64,000 bases of DNA from Gammaproteobacteria bacterium. Its GTDB lineage: Bacteria; Pseudomonadota; Gammaproteobacteria; Pseudomonadales; Azotimanducaceae. The notes below the pieces were generated by a model that saw only the letters and a program-made list of their open reading frames with translations, searched no databases and was not told the DNA's origin. Within the stretch, counting starts at the first letter, position 1. Each line of letters opens with the position of its first letter. The DNA is taken from the NCBI GenBank assembly GCA_028819195.1, contig JAPPMF010000009.1:84363-148362 (forward strand), read 5' to 3'. Of the stretch, positions 17,700 to 30,473 are shown piece by piece. A program made the translations under genes and the position numbers.

Positions 17700-19064
17700 T
17701 TACTTCTTCCTCCGAGATGGCGGATTCCAACGTTTTATTGAGCGTTGGCGCGAACGACCGACGACTAAAGCGCGTTCTTTAACATCATGGGTAATCGTTG
17801 AACCTGCCGCGATAAACGACTCAGCTTCAATATACAACGGCGCTACGAGGGTACTATTGGTACCGATAAACACATCCTCACCAATTATCGTCTCGTGTTT
17901 GGATTGTCCGTCAAAATTGCAGGTCACCGCTCCGGCCCCAATATTCACGTTATCGCCCAGAGTCGCATCCCCTAAATAAGCCAGATGACTAGCACGCACG
18001 CGTTTCCCTAGTTTGCTATTCTTAATCTCCACAAAATTACCAATTCGCGAGTCCTCACCAATATCAGTGTCTGGACGAATACGCGCGAAGGGGCCTATCG
18101 AACAACGGTTTCCAATAATGGCTGAATCAAGTATTGAGTAAGCTTGAATGCTGACATCGTCCCCGATTTTCACATCTCGTAATATACATCCTGGTCCGAT
18201 ATAGCTTCTATCACCCAAAGTTACCTTTCCTTCAATAATCACATTAACATCGATAGTGCAATCTATACCTGTTTTAAGTTTCCCTCGTAAGTCGAATCGA
18301 AGAGGATCGCGTAAAGTTGTGCCAGCTAACATAACTTCGTGTCGGCATCTGTTTAAGAGAATTTGTTCAACTTCGGCAAGTTGTGAGCGATCGTTGATAC
18401 CTAACACTTCCATGGGATTTCCTACCGCGACTGTGTGAACTTTTTCTCCCCGATCGGCGGCCAAACGAGCAATTTCGGTAAGATAAATTTCATTTTGACT
18501 GTTGAGGTGAGTAGCACCTCTCAGTAACTCGGTAATGAGGTTTGCTGGTCCCCCGATAATTCCACTATTAATTTCGGTAATCGCTTGTTGGGACTCATTC
18601 GCATCGCGATCCTCAACAATAGAAGTTACTGTTCCGTTGTGGTCTCGCACAATACGGCCGTAACCTTTGGGGTTTTCCATGTCGGCTGTAACAATCACTA
18701 GTTCGCGTTCAGCCAGCAACTTAGCTCTTTTCAGGATGTCTGTCGAGAGAAGAGGACTATCTCCAGTAACAATCAGTACGTACGAGGCCTCCTGCAGATG
18801 TGGAAGCACTTGCTGAAAAGCATGACCGGTCCCAAGCGGTTCGTGTTGGCACACCCAATGAAATTCATTCCCAAACAATTTGCTGGCTTCAGATTCCATC
18901 GACGGATTGATCACAACATGAATGCGATCTGGCTCAATGCATTCAATAGTGTCTAACACATACCCCAAGATGGGTTTGTCAAGTAAATGATGGAATACTT
19001 TAGGTATCTCAGTTTTAAATCTCGAGCTTCGACCCGCGGCTAGTACAACTACCTCAAACATCAA
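17700..19064 (-). CDS. glmU: Bifunctional UDP-N-acetylglucosamine pyrophosphorylase / GlcN-1-P acetyltransferase
   Basis: VLAAGRSSRF nucleotidyltransferase motif, C-terminal left-handed beta-helix hexapeptide repeats, and conserved position between atpC and glmS. Confidence 0.93.
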   Translation of the reverse strand: MMFEVVVLAAGRSSRFKTEIPKVFHHLLDKPILGYVLDTIECIEPDRIHVVINPSMESEASKLFGNEFHWVCQHEPLGTGHAFQQVLPHLQEASYVLIVTGDSPLLSTDILKRAKLLAERELVIVTADMENPKGYGRIVRDHNGTVTSIVEDRDANESQQAITEINSGIIGGPANLITELLRGATHLNSQNEIYLTEIARLAADRGEKVHTVAVGNPMEVLGINDRSQLAEVEQILLNRCRHEVMLAGTTLRDPLRFDLRGKLKTGIDCTIDVNVIIEGKVTLGDRSYIGPGCILRDVKIGDDVSIQAYSILDSAIIGNRCSIGPFARIRPDTDIGEDSRIGNFVEIKNSKLGKRVRASHLAYLGDATLGDNVNIGAGAVTCNFDGQSKHETIIGEDVFIGTNSTLVAPLYIEAESFIAAGSTITHDVKERALVVGRSRQRSIKRWNPPSRRKK

Positions 19065-19191
19065 ATTTGCTTCCTAATTTTTAGCAGGATCGCTTCAATA
19101 AAACCGTATTGCTTGGAAAGAACATGAAGGTCCACTTGCGATTCCCTAGTAACCAGTATAGACCAGTTAAAGTACTCCCGGGTTCATCGTA

Positions 19192-19614
19192 TTAGCGTTT
19201 GTGTTTCTTTAGTTCTTCAAGAGTTTGTTGTTGTGCTAGCGCATCAGCTAACAGCGCCGAGGCTCGTGCGAAATCTATTTCCGATGTTTGTTCATCCATC
19301 AGCCGTTGGGCACGTTCCTGATTTTCCTTGGCTTTTGCTTCGTCTAAATCATGTGCCCGTATCGCGGTATCGGCCAGGACAATCACACCATTAGGTTGTA
19401 CCTCTAAAAATCCTCCGGAAGCGAAAAACAGTTCTTCGGTGCCATCTTCTAAACGCAACCGCACCGGTCCGGGGTTTAACCCCGTGAGTAGTGGTGCGTG
19501 ACCCGGATAGATGCCGAGTTGTCCATCACTGCCATTAGCAACAATCATCTGCACGAGTCCAGAAAAAATTTCTTCCTCGGCATTTACGATGTCGCAGTGC
19601 ATTGTCGAAGTCAT
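19192..19614 (-). CDS. atpC: F0F1 ATP synthase subunit epsilon
   Basis: 140 aa with [14 protein letters not shown]...; last gene of the atp operon. Confidence 0.92.
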   Translation of the reverse strand: MTSTMHCDIVNAEEEIFSGLVQMIVANGSDGQLGIYPGHAPLLTGLNPGPVRLRLEDGTEELFFASGGFLEVQPNGVIVLADTAIRAHDLDEAKAKENQERAQRLMDEQTSEIDFARASALLADALAQQQTLEELKKHKR

Positions 19615-19616
19615 GG

Positions 19617-21026
<1,410 letters not shown>

Positions 21027-21043
21027 TTACTAAATCGGCTCAG

Positions 21044-21904
21044 TTAGGTTGCAGCTGCTCCACCGACGATTTCGGCAATTTCTTGTGTGATAGAAGCTTG
21101 TCGAACATTGTTGTACAACAAGTTAAGTTCGTCAATCATGTTGTCAGCATTATCCGTAGCATTTTTCATCGCGATCATGCGTGCTGATTGCTCGCAAGCA
21201 ACATTTTCGATCACTGCTTGGTAAATCTGTGACTCAATGTACCGTTGAATCAACCCGTCAATCAACAGGTTAGCTTCCGGTTCGTATATATAGTCCCAAT
21301 ACTGTGAGGTCAAATCTTCGGTCTTCGTTAGTGGTAACAATTGTCGAATAACAGGGCGCTGTGTCATACTGTTAACAAACGTGTTTGCTACAACGTTGAC
21401 TCGTTGTACGGCACCTTGTACAAATTGATCTAACACAATTTTTATGCTGCCGATGAGCTCTTTGAGTTCGGGGAGTTCACCAATATCATGCACTGCTGCG
21501 ATGACATTGCCACCGACTGAACTGAAGAACGTAGCAGCTTTGTTTCCAATCAATGCTAACTGGGAGTCGATTGATCGATCTTGTTGCTCTTGCATTTCGT
21601 GTAAAAGTACACGAAACAGATTAGCATTGAGTCCACCACACTGACCTTTGTCGGTGGAAATAACAACGTAACCGATATTGGCGACTGAATCAGGTTCATT
21701 CATGAACTGGTTACTGTACTCTGGGTTCCCTTGTGCTAGATGCCCAATAATGGCGCGAATTTTCTGTGCGTACGGCCGCGTTTGTCGCATCCGTTCCTGC
21801 GTACGGCGCATTTTGCTCGCAGCAACCATTTGCATCGCGCTCGTCACTTTGCGGATGTTTGCGATACTACCGATCTTTTTCTTGATCTCGCGGCCGGCAG
21901 CCAC
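21044..21904 (-). CDS. atpG: F0F1 ATP synthase subunit gamma
   Basis: MAAGREIKKKIGSIANIRKVTSAMQMVAASKMRR ... ITQEIAEIVGGAAA. Confidence 0.95.
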   Translation of the reverse strand: MAAGREIKKKIGSIANIRKVTSAMQMVAASKMRRTQERMRQTRPYAQKIRAIIGHLAQGNPEYSNQFMNEPDSVANIGYVVISTDKGQCGGLNANLFRVLLHEMQEQQDRSIDSQLALIGNKAATFFSSVGGNVIAAVHDIGELPELKELIGSIKIVLDQFVQGAVQRVNVVANTFVNSMTQRPVIRQLLPLTKTEDLTSQYWDYIYEPEANLLIDGLIQRYIESQIYQAVIENVACEQSARMIAMKNATDNADNMIDELNLLYNNVRQASITQEIAEIVGGAAAT

Positions 21905-21906
21905 TG

Positions 21907-23457
21907 TTAGTCTCCGTAGTCGTGAGTTGACATGAAGTGATCAAGTGCCGTCCGCATATACTGCACGATATCATCGTTGTAGGCACCACTCTTGGTAATC
22001 TCAGTCATCCATTCGGCATGTTCTGAGTTCATATAGGTGAGTAGATCACGTTCAAAATCTAACACCTTTGAGACGGGTATCTTTTCTAGATAGCCCTGGG
22101 TTCCAGCAAACAACACAACACCCATTTCGGCAACACTCATCGGTGAGAACTGTGTCTGTTTCATTAACTCTTCGATTCGTTGCCCGTGTTCTAGTTGGCG
22201 CCGCGTTGAATCGTCTAAATCTGACGCAAATTGTGAAAATGCGGCTAGCTCTCGATACTGTGCGAGGGCAAGTTTCACACCACCAGATAGTTTTCGGATA
22301 AAGTCTACTTGCGCTGCACCACCGACACGTGAAACTGAAATTCCTGGACTCATCGCCGGTCTCAAACCAGCGTTAAAACGATCGGTTTCCAAGAATATCT
22401 GTCCATCCGTAATGGAGATTACATTGGTCGGAACAAAAGCCGAAACATCGCCAGCTTGGGTTTCTATGATTGGCAAAGCGGTAAGTGAACCAGTTTTTCC
22501 TTTAACTTTACCGTTGGTTACTCGCTCGACGTACTCAGCATTCACACGCGCGGCTCTTTCGAGTAACCGCGAATGCAGATAGAAAATATCCCCTGGGTAC
22601 GCTTCTCGACCTGGTGGGCGTCTGAGCAAAAGCGAAATTTGCCGGTACGCCCATGCTTGTTTTGTCAAATCATCGTAAATGATCAGTGCATCTTCTCCGT
22701 TATCGCGGAAGTATTCACCCATACTACAACCAGAATACGGAGAAATGTACTGTAATGGCGCGGGATCGGACGCGGAAGCCGCGACGACGATCGTATTTGA
22801 CAATGCGCCGTTCTCTTCTAATGTACGCACGATATTAGCAATCGTTGACATTTTTTGACCAACGGCGACATAAACACACTTTATGCCTTTGTCTTTTTGG
22901 TTAATTACTGTATCAACTGCGATTGCAGTTTTGCCAATTTGTCGGTCCCCAATAATCAACTCTCGTTGTCCACGTCCTAGTGGAATCATGGAATCGATAC
23001 ACTTAATGCCGGTTTGTACTGGTTCGGTCACCGATTGTCGCGCGATTACACCCGGGGCTACTTTCTCAATGGGCGCAGTCTCTGCCGCCTGCAATGGTCC
23101 TTTCCCATCAATAGGGTTACCTAAAGCATCGACGACCCTACCCAATAACTCAGGACCGACCGGTACTTCCGCGATACGTTTCGTACAGCGTGCGGTCATG
23201 CCCTCTGACAAATCTTTGTAGTCGCCAAGAATGACCGCTCCAACAGAATCACGTTCGAGGTTCATTGCCATGCCCATGACCCCGCCGGGGAATTCGATCA
23301 TTTCACCGTATTGAGCTTCAGCGAGTCCATAGATGCGAACGATACCATCGGATACATTGACGATCGTTCCTTCATTTTGTGGTTGAGAAGAAGGATCAAA
23401 ACTAGTGATTCGATTCTTAATGAGATCGCTAATTTCTGAAGGATTTAGTGCTTGCAT
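21907..23457 (-). CDS. atpA: F0F1 ATP synthase subunit alpha
   Basis: [11 protein letters not shown] Walker A; 516 aa; operon position. Confidence 0.97.
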   Translation of the reverse strand: MQALNPSEISDLIKNRITSFDPSSQPQNEGTIVNVSDGIVRIYGLAEAQYGEMIEFPGGVMGMAMNLERDSVGAVILGDYKDLSEGMTARCTKRIAEVPVGPELLGRVVDALGNPIDGKGPLQAAETAPIEKVAPGVIARQSVTEPVQTGIKCIDSMIPLGRGQRELIIGDRQIGKTAIAVDTVINQKDKGIKCVYVAVGQKMSTIANIVRTLEENGALSNTIVVAASASDPAPLQYISPYSGCSMGEYFRDNGEDALIIYDDLTKQAWAYRQISLLLRRPPGREAYPGDIFYLHSRLLERAARVNAEYVERVTNGKVKGKTGSLTALPIIETQAGDVSAFVPTNVISITDGQIFLETDRFNAGLRPAMSPGISVSRVGGAAQVDFIRKLSGGVKLALAQYRELAAFSQFASDLDDSTRRQLEHGQRIEELMKQTQFSPMSVAEMGVVLFAGTQGYLEKIPVSKVLDFERDLLTYMNSEHAEWMTEITKSGAYNDDIVQYMRTALDHFMSTHDYGD

Positions 23458-23470
23458 AAATTTCTCTAAC

Positions 23471-24010
23471 TTAGGTTTTTTGCAGTGTGTTTCGTAAACG
23501 GTCGAGCTTCCCGCGTACCGTATTGTCTAAGACAATATCGCCGGCGCGAATGAGCGCACCGCCGAGAATACTTTGATCTACGGTAGTAGTCAATTGAATT
23601 TGTTGTTGGAACTTGCTCTGCAGTTGCTCAGTAAATTGTTCAATCTGCTGGTCAGAAAGTGAAATCGCGGAGGTTATTTCCACAGCCAGCGTGCGTTTGA
23701 GTTGGGCCAACCTTGCAGCAAACTCTTGTTGAATCGCAGGAATCAAAGCTAGGCGCCGATTTTCGGCCAATATACGAACAAAAGTTCGGGTGTATTCATC
23801 CAATTGGTCTTCAAACAAATCCATCAAAACTTCGGCTTTCTGCGTTGGTGTTTTCGTTGGTGATGCAATCAAACGTTGGACGGTTTCGTCTTGTACGGTG
23901 TCACTCAACAAGGACAGCGCATGTGACCAACGTTCGATGGCTTCTCGTTCCATCGCAGTCGCGAACGCAGCACTCGCGTAGGGACGGGCTAAAGTCGCTA
24001 GCTCGGACAA
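23471..24010 (-). CDS. atpH: F0F1 ATP synthase subunit delta
   Basis: 179 aa with [10 protein letters not shown]... N-terminus; operon position. Confidence 0.9.
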   Translation of the reverse strand: MSELATLARPYASAAFATAMEREAIERWSHALSLLSDTVQDETVQRLIASPTKTPTQKAEVLMDLFEDQLDEYTRTFVRILAENRRLALIPAIQQEFAARLAQLKRTLAVEITSAISLSDQQIEQFTEQLQSKFQQQIQLTTTVDQSILGGALIRAGDIVLDNTVRGKLDRLRNTLQKT

Positions 24011-24013
24011 AAC

Positions 24014-24487
24014 CTAGAGTCTCTGTGATATTGAATTCAGCATAAGTTCATGCTTTTTAGGATCGACTTCAGCTTCTAAGATTTGTTCTGCCGCGAGAAT
24101 CGCGAGATCAGAAATTTCAGTTCGTAGTTTTTCGCGCGCACGATTAGATTCTTGCTCTATTTCAACCCGTGCCGCATCAAGTAGCCGTTCGCCTTCTTCA
24201 CGCGCTTTGACTTTGGCATCCTCAACGATATTCGCAGCTTGGGCGCGCGCTTGCTCGATCACTTTCTGACCTTCAGACTTGGCTTCCTGCAAGAGTTGCT
24301 GAGCATGTGTTTCAGATTCAGCTAACTTTGCATCTGCTTTATCAGCTGTTTCTAATCCTTCGGCAATTCGTTCGCGCCGTGCTTGCATTGCATTGATTAA
24401 CGGTGGCCAGATAAATTTCGTGACAAACCAGACAAAAATGACGAAAACTACAAGCGTGCCGACGAATGTTGGTAAGTTAAAGTTCAT
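24014..24487 (-). CDS. atpF: F0F1 ATP synthase subunit b
   Basis: N-terminal TM helix followed by a long charged helix; operon position. Confidence 0.9.
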   Translation of the reverse strand: MNFNLPTFVGTLVVFVIFVWFVTKFIWPPLINAMQARRERIAEGLETADKADAKLAESETHAQQLLQEAKSEGQKVIEQARAQAANIVEDAKVKAREEGERLLDAARVEIEQESNRAREKLRTEISDLAILAAEQILEAEVDPKKHELMLNSISQRL

Positions 24488-24514
24488 ACTTTAAACCTTG
24501 GTTGTCGTGATTGC

Positions 24515-24769
24515 TTAATTAGGTGTGAACGGATTGCCGAACAAAATAAACAATCCCATACCGACACCAATCATTGGTACCGCATCCACCAAGCCTAGCA
24601 CGATGAACATTTGAATGCGTAGCATCGGTAGCATTTCGGGTTGTCGTGCGATTCCCTGCAAGAAACTATTTCCAATGTTTCCCACACCCACGGCCGCGCC
24701 AACTGCGCTTAATCCAAGTAACACCCCTGCGCCTATGTAGGTTAGGGCTAGTTCTAGCGGAAATTCCAT
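24515..24769 (-). CDS. atpE: F0F1 ATP synthase subunit c
   Basis: 84-aa two-helix hairpin with a GIARQPE loop. Confidence 0.93.
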   Translation of the reverse strand: MEFPLELALTYIGAGVLLGLSAVGAAVGVGNIGNSFLQGIARQPEMLPMLRIQMFIVLGLVDAVPMIGVGMGLFILFGNPFTPN

Positions 24770-24793
24770 AGATTCTCCTATTTTGTTTAAAAG

Positions 24794-25657
<864 letters not shown>

Positions 25658-25692
25658 CTACAAATCTGTACAAATGGTGTTAGAACTTTTCA

Positions 25693-26007
25693 TTATTTGG
25701 GTGCATGACCCACTTTAAAGTTTTGTAGACCTAGACTGGCTAACACAAAGACGATATGAGCGCCGATTAAACTACAAGCGCATATTAAAGGATCTTGTTT
25801 CAGAAAGTAAATCACACAAAAAGCCCCCACCACATACAATAAAAATCGCACCATGTGTAACGCAAAAATTCGATTCATCGAGTCGACATTGCGTACCACC
25901 CAAGCAAACCACAGATTTGCAAGGAAAACAGCCCCACCACTCAAGAATATTGCTTTGGCAATCGCGCCGTTAGTGAAACTGAATCCTATACACACGCAAA
26001 ACACCAC
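25693..26007 (-). CDS. atpI: ATP synthase protein I
   Basis: Small hydrophobic ORF immediately upstream of atpB. Start (GTG) uncertain. Confidence 0.7.
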   Translation of the reverse strand: MVFCVCIGFSFTNGAIAKAIFLSGGAVFLANLWFAWVVRNVDSMNRIFALHMVRFLLYVVGAFCVIYFLKQDPLICACSLIGAHIVFVLASLGLQNFKVGHAPK

Positions 26008-26203
26008 GATTCCCTGAATCGCGACTGCCCATAAGTGTGCTTGATCTTTGTGTTTTGAGTTCAGAAATTTTTACTAAACTTGGTGTGATTCCCCAGCCGG
26101 GACACAATCCAGCCCAAAGGAATGGGGTTCAGGATTGCGCGTTCAAAAATTATACGAAACCTACATTTCAAATATCTGAGGTTTTAACGAGATGAAGCAC
26201 TTG

Positions 26204-27085
26204 CTACTTCTGCTGACTGCCACGTCGTACATGGTCAATAACCCCGTTGAGTTCATCTAAAGAATGAAATTTAACCACCAACTCTCCTTTCTGTTTACTC
26301 TTACCGCTAAGCCGAATAGTTGTTGGCGCCCCAAGCGTATCGGACAATTCTTCCTGCAACTTTAATACATTTGGATCAACTTGGCTTTCACTTTTTTTAC
26401 CCCCTTTTATACGCTTGAGAAGTTGTTCGGTTTGCCGTACAGAGAGACGGCGCTGTACCACACTTCTACAGACCTGCACTTGTTCGGGCTGAGGTCGTCC
26501 GACAAGTAACTTGGCATGTCCTAATTCGATTTCGCCACATCGTAGTGATTCAAGTACACGTGGCGATAACTCTCTCAACCGAATGAGATTTGTGATTGTC
26601 GACCGCGCTTTTCCTAGTAGTTCACCTATTTCCCCATGCGTTAAATGAAACTCTTCTTGCAATTGAACGTAGGCTTCTGATTCTTCAACGGCATTCAAGT
26701 CTTCACGTTGCAAATTTTCCACTAAACCTACTAGTACAACTTCCTTGTCGGTTAACGCTCGTACAACGACCGGAACATGATCTAGTTGCGCCAGACCCGC
26801 CGCGCGCCATCGACGTTCTCCTGCAACCAATTCAAAACCACCCGCTGGATTCGACCTTACAACCAGTGGCTGAATAAAACCATTTTGTTTGATTGATGCT
26901 GCTAATTCGGATAAACTAGCGTCGTCGAAAGTTTTTCGTGGTTGTCGAGGATTCGGTCGAATTTGCTCGATCGGTAATTGTTGGATATCGAGGTTTGTAT
27001 CCTGGGAATCATCATGTCTGTTCGCCGAGATCGAAGAATTCTTCAGTAACTCTCCTAAGCCCTTACCTAGAGTTTGTTTTACCAC
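26204..27085 (-). CDS. parB: Chromosome partitioning protein ParB
   Basis: QPRK..., LVAGERRWRAA (ParB box), HTH segment; lies downstream of parA. Confidence 0.95.
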   Translation of the reverse strand: MVKQTLGKGLGELLKNSSISANRHDDSQDTNLDIQQLPIEQIRPNPRQPRKTFDDASLSELAASIKQNGFIQPLVVRSNPAGGFELVAGERRWRAAGLAQLDHVPVVVRALTDKEVVLVGLVENLQREDLNAVEESEAYVQLQEEFHLTHGEIGELLGKARSTITNLIRLRELSPRVLESLRCGEIELGHAKLLVGRPQPEQVQVCRSVVQRRLSVRQTEQLLKRIKGGKKSESQVDPNVLKLQEELSDTLGAPTTIRLSGKSKQKGELVVKFHSLDELNGVIDHVRRGSQQK

Positions 27086-27094
27086 TTTAATCTC

Positions 27095-27865
27095 CTATGT
27101 GATTGAACGGCTCTGCCGAGTCAACAGCTCCTGACCCAACGCTATATGCGCTAGCGCCCCGCGTGAAAGCGGAGCATACTCCAAAATCGTGAGCCCATGA
27201 CTAGGCGCTTCCGCAATTCTTACATTACGTGGAATGACCGTTTCATATAACAAGTTTTCGAAGTGTTCGTGTAATTGATTCGAAACTTCCTTCGTCAAAC
27301 GGTTACGTTTATCGTACATCGTGCGCACGAGCCCTTCAATTTTGAGGCTCGGATTACCAGAACCTTGTATCGCAGTAATCGTTTCCATCAACGAACTAAT
27401 CCCCTCTAAGGAGAGATACTCACATTGCAGAGGAATAAGTACATGTGTGGCCGCCATTAACGCATTGATTGTCAAAATGTTTAAGCTTGGCGGACAATCA
27501 ATGATTGTGTAATCATGCTCCCGGGAATCGTTTAGCATTTCTCGTAGACGTATGGTCCGGTTTTCTTCACTTAACAGTTGTAGTTCCACTGCAGTTAAAT
27601 CTGTGTTAGAACAAACTATATCAAATCGCGGACTAAACGATTGCGTGATTGCCGAAAGTGTTTCATTTCCTTGAAACCAATCCCAAGTTGTAAGTGGTCG
27701 CTCGGGTAAGCGGCTTGATACATGCGCGGTGGAATTACCTTGTGGATCTAAATCTAACAGCAAAACCGACTTTTTTAATTGTGCTAACGCGGCTGCTAGG
27801 TTGACTGCAGTAGTAGTTTTGCCTACACCTCCTTTTTGATTAGATACGGCGATCACAAAGTTCAT
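27095..27865 (-). CDS. parA: Chromosome partitioning ATPase ParA/Soj
   Basis: Deviant Walker A in NQKGGVGKTTTAVNLAAAL; LLLDLDPQGN. Confidence 0.95.
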   Translation of the reverse strand: MNFVIAVSNQKGGVGKTTTAVNLAAALAQLKKSVLLLDLDPQGNSTAHVSSRLPERPLTTWDWFQGNETLSAITQSFSPRFDIVCSNTDLTAVELQLLSEENRTIRLREMLNDSREHDYTIIDCPPSLNILTINALMAATHVLIPLQCEYLSLEGISSLMETITAIQGSGNPSLKIEGLVRTMYDKRNRLTKEVSNQLHEHFENLLYETVIPRNVRIAEAPSHGLTILEYAPLSRGALAHIALGQELLTRQSRSIT

Positions 27866-27866
27866 A

Positions 27867-28382
27867 CTAGTTGTTCACTAAACCTACCTTAGTTATCAGT
27901 CCTCTTTCAGTCTGAAATACTTTGTCTATTCTGCTGTTTTCTAAATCGCCATCGCTCAATTCCACGCTTGTTTGTAGAAACACCGAGCCATTTTCGTGTA
28001 AGTGAGTTCGCGCGAGCAACCAAGCTTGGGTAGGCCGTGCGACACTCCTAATAGTTATCGACTTAAATCGTGTTCCAGCCGGATTCGGTTCTCGAATGTC
28101 CTGTTCGACCACGATTACATTATGTAGTTTCAGGTGTGATTTGACTTCACGCAAAAATCGGCATTTTTTACGACTACGATCATTTAAGACTATCTTTTGA
28201 AGAGGTCTGTAAATAGCTATTGGTATACCGGGAAAACCTCCACCAGAACCGATATCAAGATGTGAGTCAATTTTCGGAAGATACGGTAATAACGAGAGGC
28301 TATCGGTGACATGGTCGTGCAGCCTATGTAGTACATCGTTCGAGGAAACCAAGGAATATGCGGTATTCCAATGGCGAATCAA
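27867..28382 (-). CDS. rsmG: 16S rRNA m7G527 methyltransferase RsmG (GidB); true start probably upstream of 28382
   Basis: GSGGGFPGIPIAI SAM motif. Family homology (..EQQIALYLDLIRHWNTAYSLVS) continues upstream of the TTG used in the ORF track, but I see no ATG/GTG/TTG in that open frame. Confidence 0.85.
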   Translation of the reverse strand: MIRHWNTAYSLVSSNDVLHRLHDHVTDSLSLLPYLPKIDSHLDIGSGGGFPGIPIAIYRPLQKIVLNDRSRKKCRFLREVKSHLKLHNVIVVEQDIREPNPAGTRFKSITIRSVARPTQAWLLARTHLHENGSVFLQTSVELSDGDLENSRIDKVFQTERGLITKVGLVNN

Positions 28383-28471
28383 ATCTAGATACAGAGCAAT
28401 TTGTTGTTCTGGGTTGTCGGCAGACCGCGTATCGCTGTCGGCGAGATCACCAATGTCGTTAACGCTTCCCG

Positions 28472-30376
28472 TTACGCTGATTTCCGTAATGATCTTTCTC
28501 TTTTGGCATGGATGGCGAGCAATGAAAGTGCTGCTGGGGTAATCCCTGGAATCCGTGCGGCAGCAGCGAGCGTGGTTGGTCGCGCTTCTCGTAGTTTTTG
28601 TTTCAACTCAGTCGATAACCCGTCCACGGTTTCGTACTGCATTTGATCTGGAATAGTTATTTTCGCCGCAGTTCGCGAACGTTCAATTTCTTTATCTTGA
28701 CGCACCAAATAACCCTCATACTTAATATCCGTTGCAGCTTGTTGGAGGAGGTTCGGCGGTAAATCAGTTAGATAACCGCACCGCTGCAGTATGTCCGCCG
28801 AGAATTCTGGTCTTTTGAGGATTTCAAAAATCGTAACCGAATATTGAATATCAGCATCAACTAGCTGAGCTAATTGTCGTGAACGAGAATCACCCGTTCG
28901 AATCGTTGTTTGTTGTATTCGCTGGCGACACTCTTTGAGAACTTTCGTCTTGGCTAAGAATTGTTGCCATCTTTCTGTAGGTACAACACCTAGTTCATAC
29001 CCTTTCTCTGTCAGACGAAAATCAGCATTGTCTTGTCGAAGGCGTAACCGATATTCAGCACGACTGGTAAACATTCGATAAGGCTCGTTGGTGCCGGACG
29101 AAGTGAGATCATCGAGCAAAACTCCAAGATAGGCTTCGTGTCGTTGCGGATACCATTGAGCCAGCTCTTGTACCTTACGCGCGGCATTCAGACCCGCGAG
29201 CAAACCCTGGGAGGCCGCTTCTTCGTAACCAGTGGTACCATTTATCTGTCCAGCAAAAAACAGACCTTCAATGACCTTGGTTTCAAGTGTCGGATAAAGA
29301 TCTCGTGGATCAAAAAAGTCATACTCGATTGCGTAACCTGGACGAGTGAGATGCGCGTTTTCGAACCCAGGGATAGATTGCACCAACCGGATCTGAACAT
29401 CGTACGGCAGACTCGTAGAAATCCCGTTGGGATACAGTTCAACCGTTCCTAAACCTTCTGGTTCAACAAAAATCTGGTGCTGACTTCGACTGGAAAATCT
29501 TACTACCTTATCTTCGATGGACGGACAATATCTCGGCCCCACGCTTTCAATAGCGCCCGAATACATGGGTGAATCATGTAGACCGTCTCGAATGATTTGA
29601 TGAGTTTTCTCGTTGGTATGTGCGATGTGACACGGTACCTGTTCGGGGTGCATTTCTGGGTTTCCCAGGAAAGACATCGTAAGCTGTTCACTATCTCCGG
29701 GTTGTTTAATGAGCTGAGAAAAATCGACTGTAGTTCCATCAATTCGCGGGGGGGTACCAGTTTTTAAACGACTAACTCTAAGTGGAAAAGAGCGCAGTTG
29801 TTTTGCGAGCGGGTTTGATGGTGGATCGCCGGCTCGTCCACCTTCGTAGTGTTGTCGACCAATATGAATTTTACCACCTAGAAACGTCCCTGTTGCTAGG
29901 ACAACTGACTTGGCTTCAATCGTTATACCATTACCAGTCCGTACACCTGTAACCCTATCGCTACTTATTTCAAGTTCAGTGACAGTATCTTGTAGGACTT
30001 TTAAGTTTTCTTGGTTTTCGATACAGCGACGAATCGCCAGCCGATACAGGTTTCGATCTACTTGTGCGCGTAATGCTTGCACTGCTGGACCTTTACTTGC
30101 ATTCAAGGTGCGGAATTGAATACCCGATTGGTCGGTGGCTAATGCGATCGCACCGCCAAGGGCGTCGACTTCTCGTATGAGATGGCTCTTTCCAATACCA
30201 CCCATAGCAGGATTACAGGACAGCACCCCTATGGTCTCGATGGCTTGTGTGAGCAAAAGTGTATTCGCACCCACGCGCGCCGAGGCTAAACTAGCTTCAA
30301 CTCCAGCATGCCCGCCGCCGATAACGACCACGTCGAATGAATCTGGGTGACGTATGTGAGCTTCAGTTTGCGACAT
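28472..30376 (-). CDS. mnmG: tRNA uridine 5-carboxymethylaminomethyl modification enzyme MnmG (GidA)
   Basis: VVVIGGGHAGVEA FAD motif; 634 aa; conserved position. Confidence 0.96.
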   Translation of the reverse strand: MSQTEAHIRHPDSFDVVVIGGGHAGVEASLASARVGANTLLLTQAIETIGVLSCNPAMGGIGKSHLIREVDALGGAIALATDQSGIQFRTLNASKGPAVQALRAQVDRNLYRLAIRRCIENQENLKVLQDTVTELEISSDRVTGVRTGNGITIEAKSVVLATGTFLGGKIHIGRQHYEGGRAGDPPSNPLAKQLRSFPLRVSRLKTGTPPRIDGTTVDFSQLIKQPGDSEQLTMSFLGNPEMHPEQVPCHIAHTNEKTHQIIRDGLHDSPMYSGAIESVGPRYCPSIEDKVVRFSSRSQHQIFVEPEGLGTVELYPNGISTSLPYDVQIRLVQSIPGFENAHLTRPGYAIEYDFFDPRDLYPTLETKVIEGLFFAGQINGTTGYEEAASQGLLAGLNAARKVQELAQWYPQRHEAYLGVLLDDLTSSGTNEPYRMFTSRAEYRLRLRQDNADFRLTEKGYELGVVPTERWQQFLAKTKVLKECRQRIQQTTIRTGDSRSRQLAQLVDADIQYSVTIFEILKRPEFSADILQRCGYLTDLPPNLLQQAATDIKYEGYLVRQDKEIERSRTAAKITIPDQMQYETVDGLSTELKQKLREARPTTLAAAARIPGITPAALSLLAIHAKRERSLRKSA

Positions 30377-30473
30377 TCTTTGAGGTTACCGAGGTTGGTA
30401 TTTCAGTACGTGCGATAACGTATGCCCTATCGATTATAGAAATGGTCCGTTTATTTTTCAATGGTGGGAACGA

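Noticed and set aside
17698-17730. ORF-track N-terminal extensions of core genes: glmS from 17730, rpmH 69 aa from 34374, rnpA from 34205, yidC from 33560, yidD from 33816
   Set aside because: The conserved N-termini (MCGIVGA; MKRTFQPS; etc.) and non-overlapping or ATGA/TGATG-coupled starts indicate shorter genes. The extensions are just upstream open frame.
30377-30473. E. coli-style oriC next to mnmG (gidA)
   Set aside because: The mnmG-mnmE spacer is only 97 bp and mnmG is flanked by co-oriented genes. The strand switch and DnaA-box-like sequences are at rpmH/dnaA.
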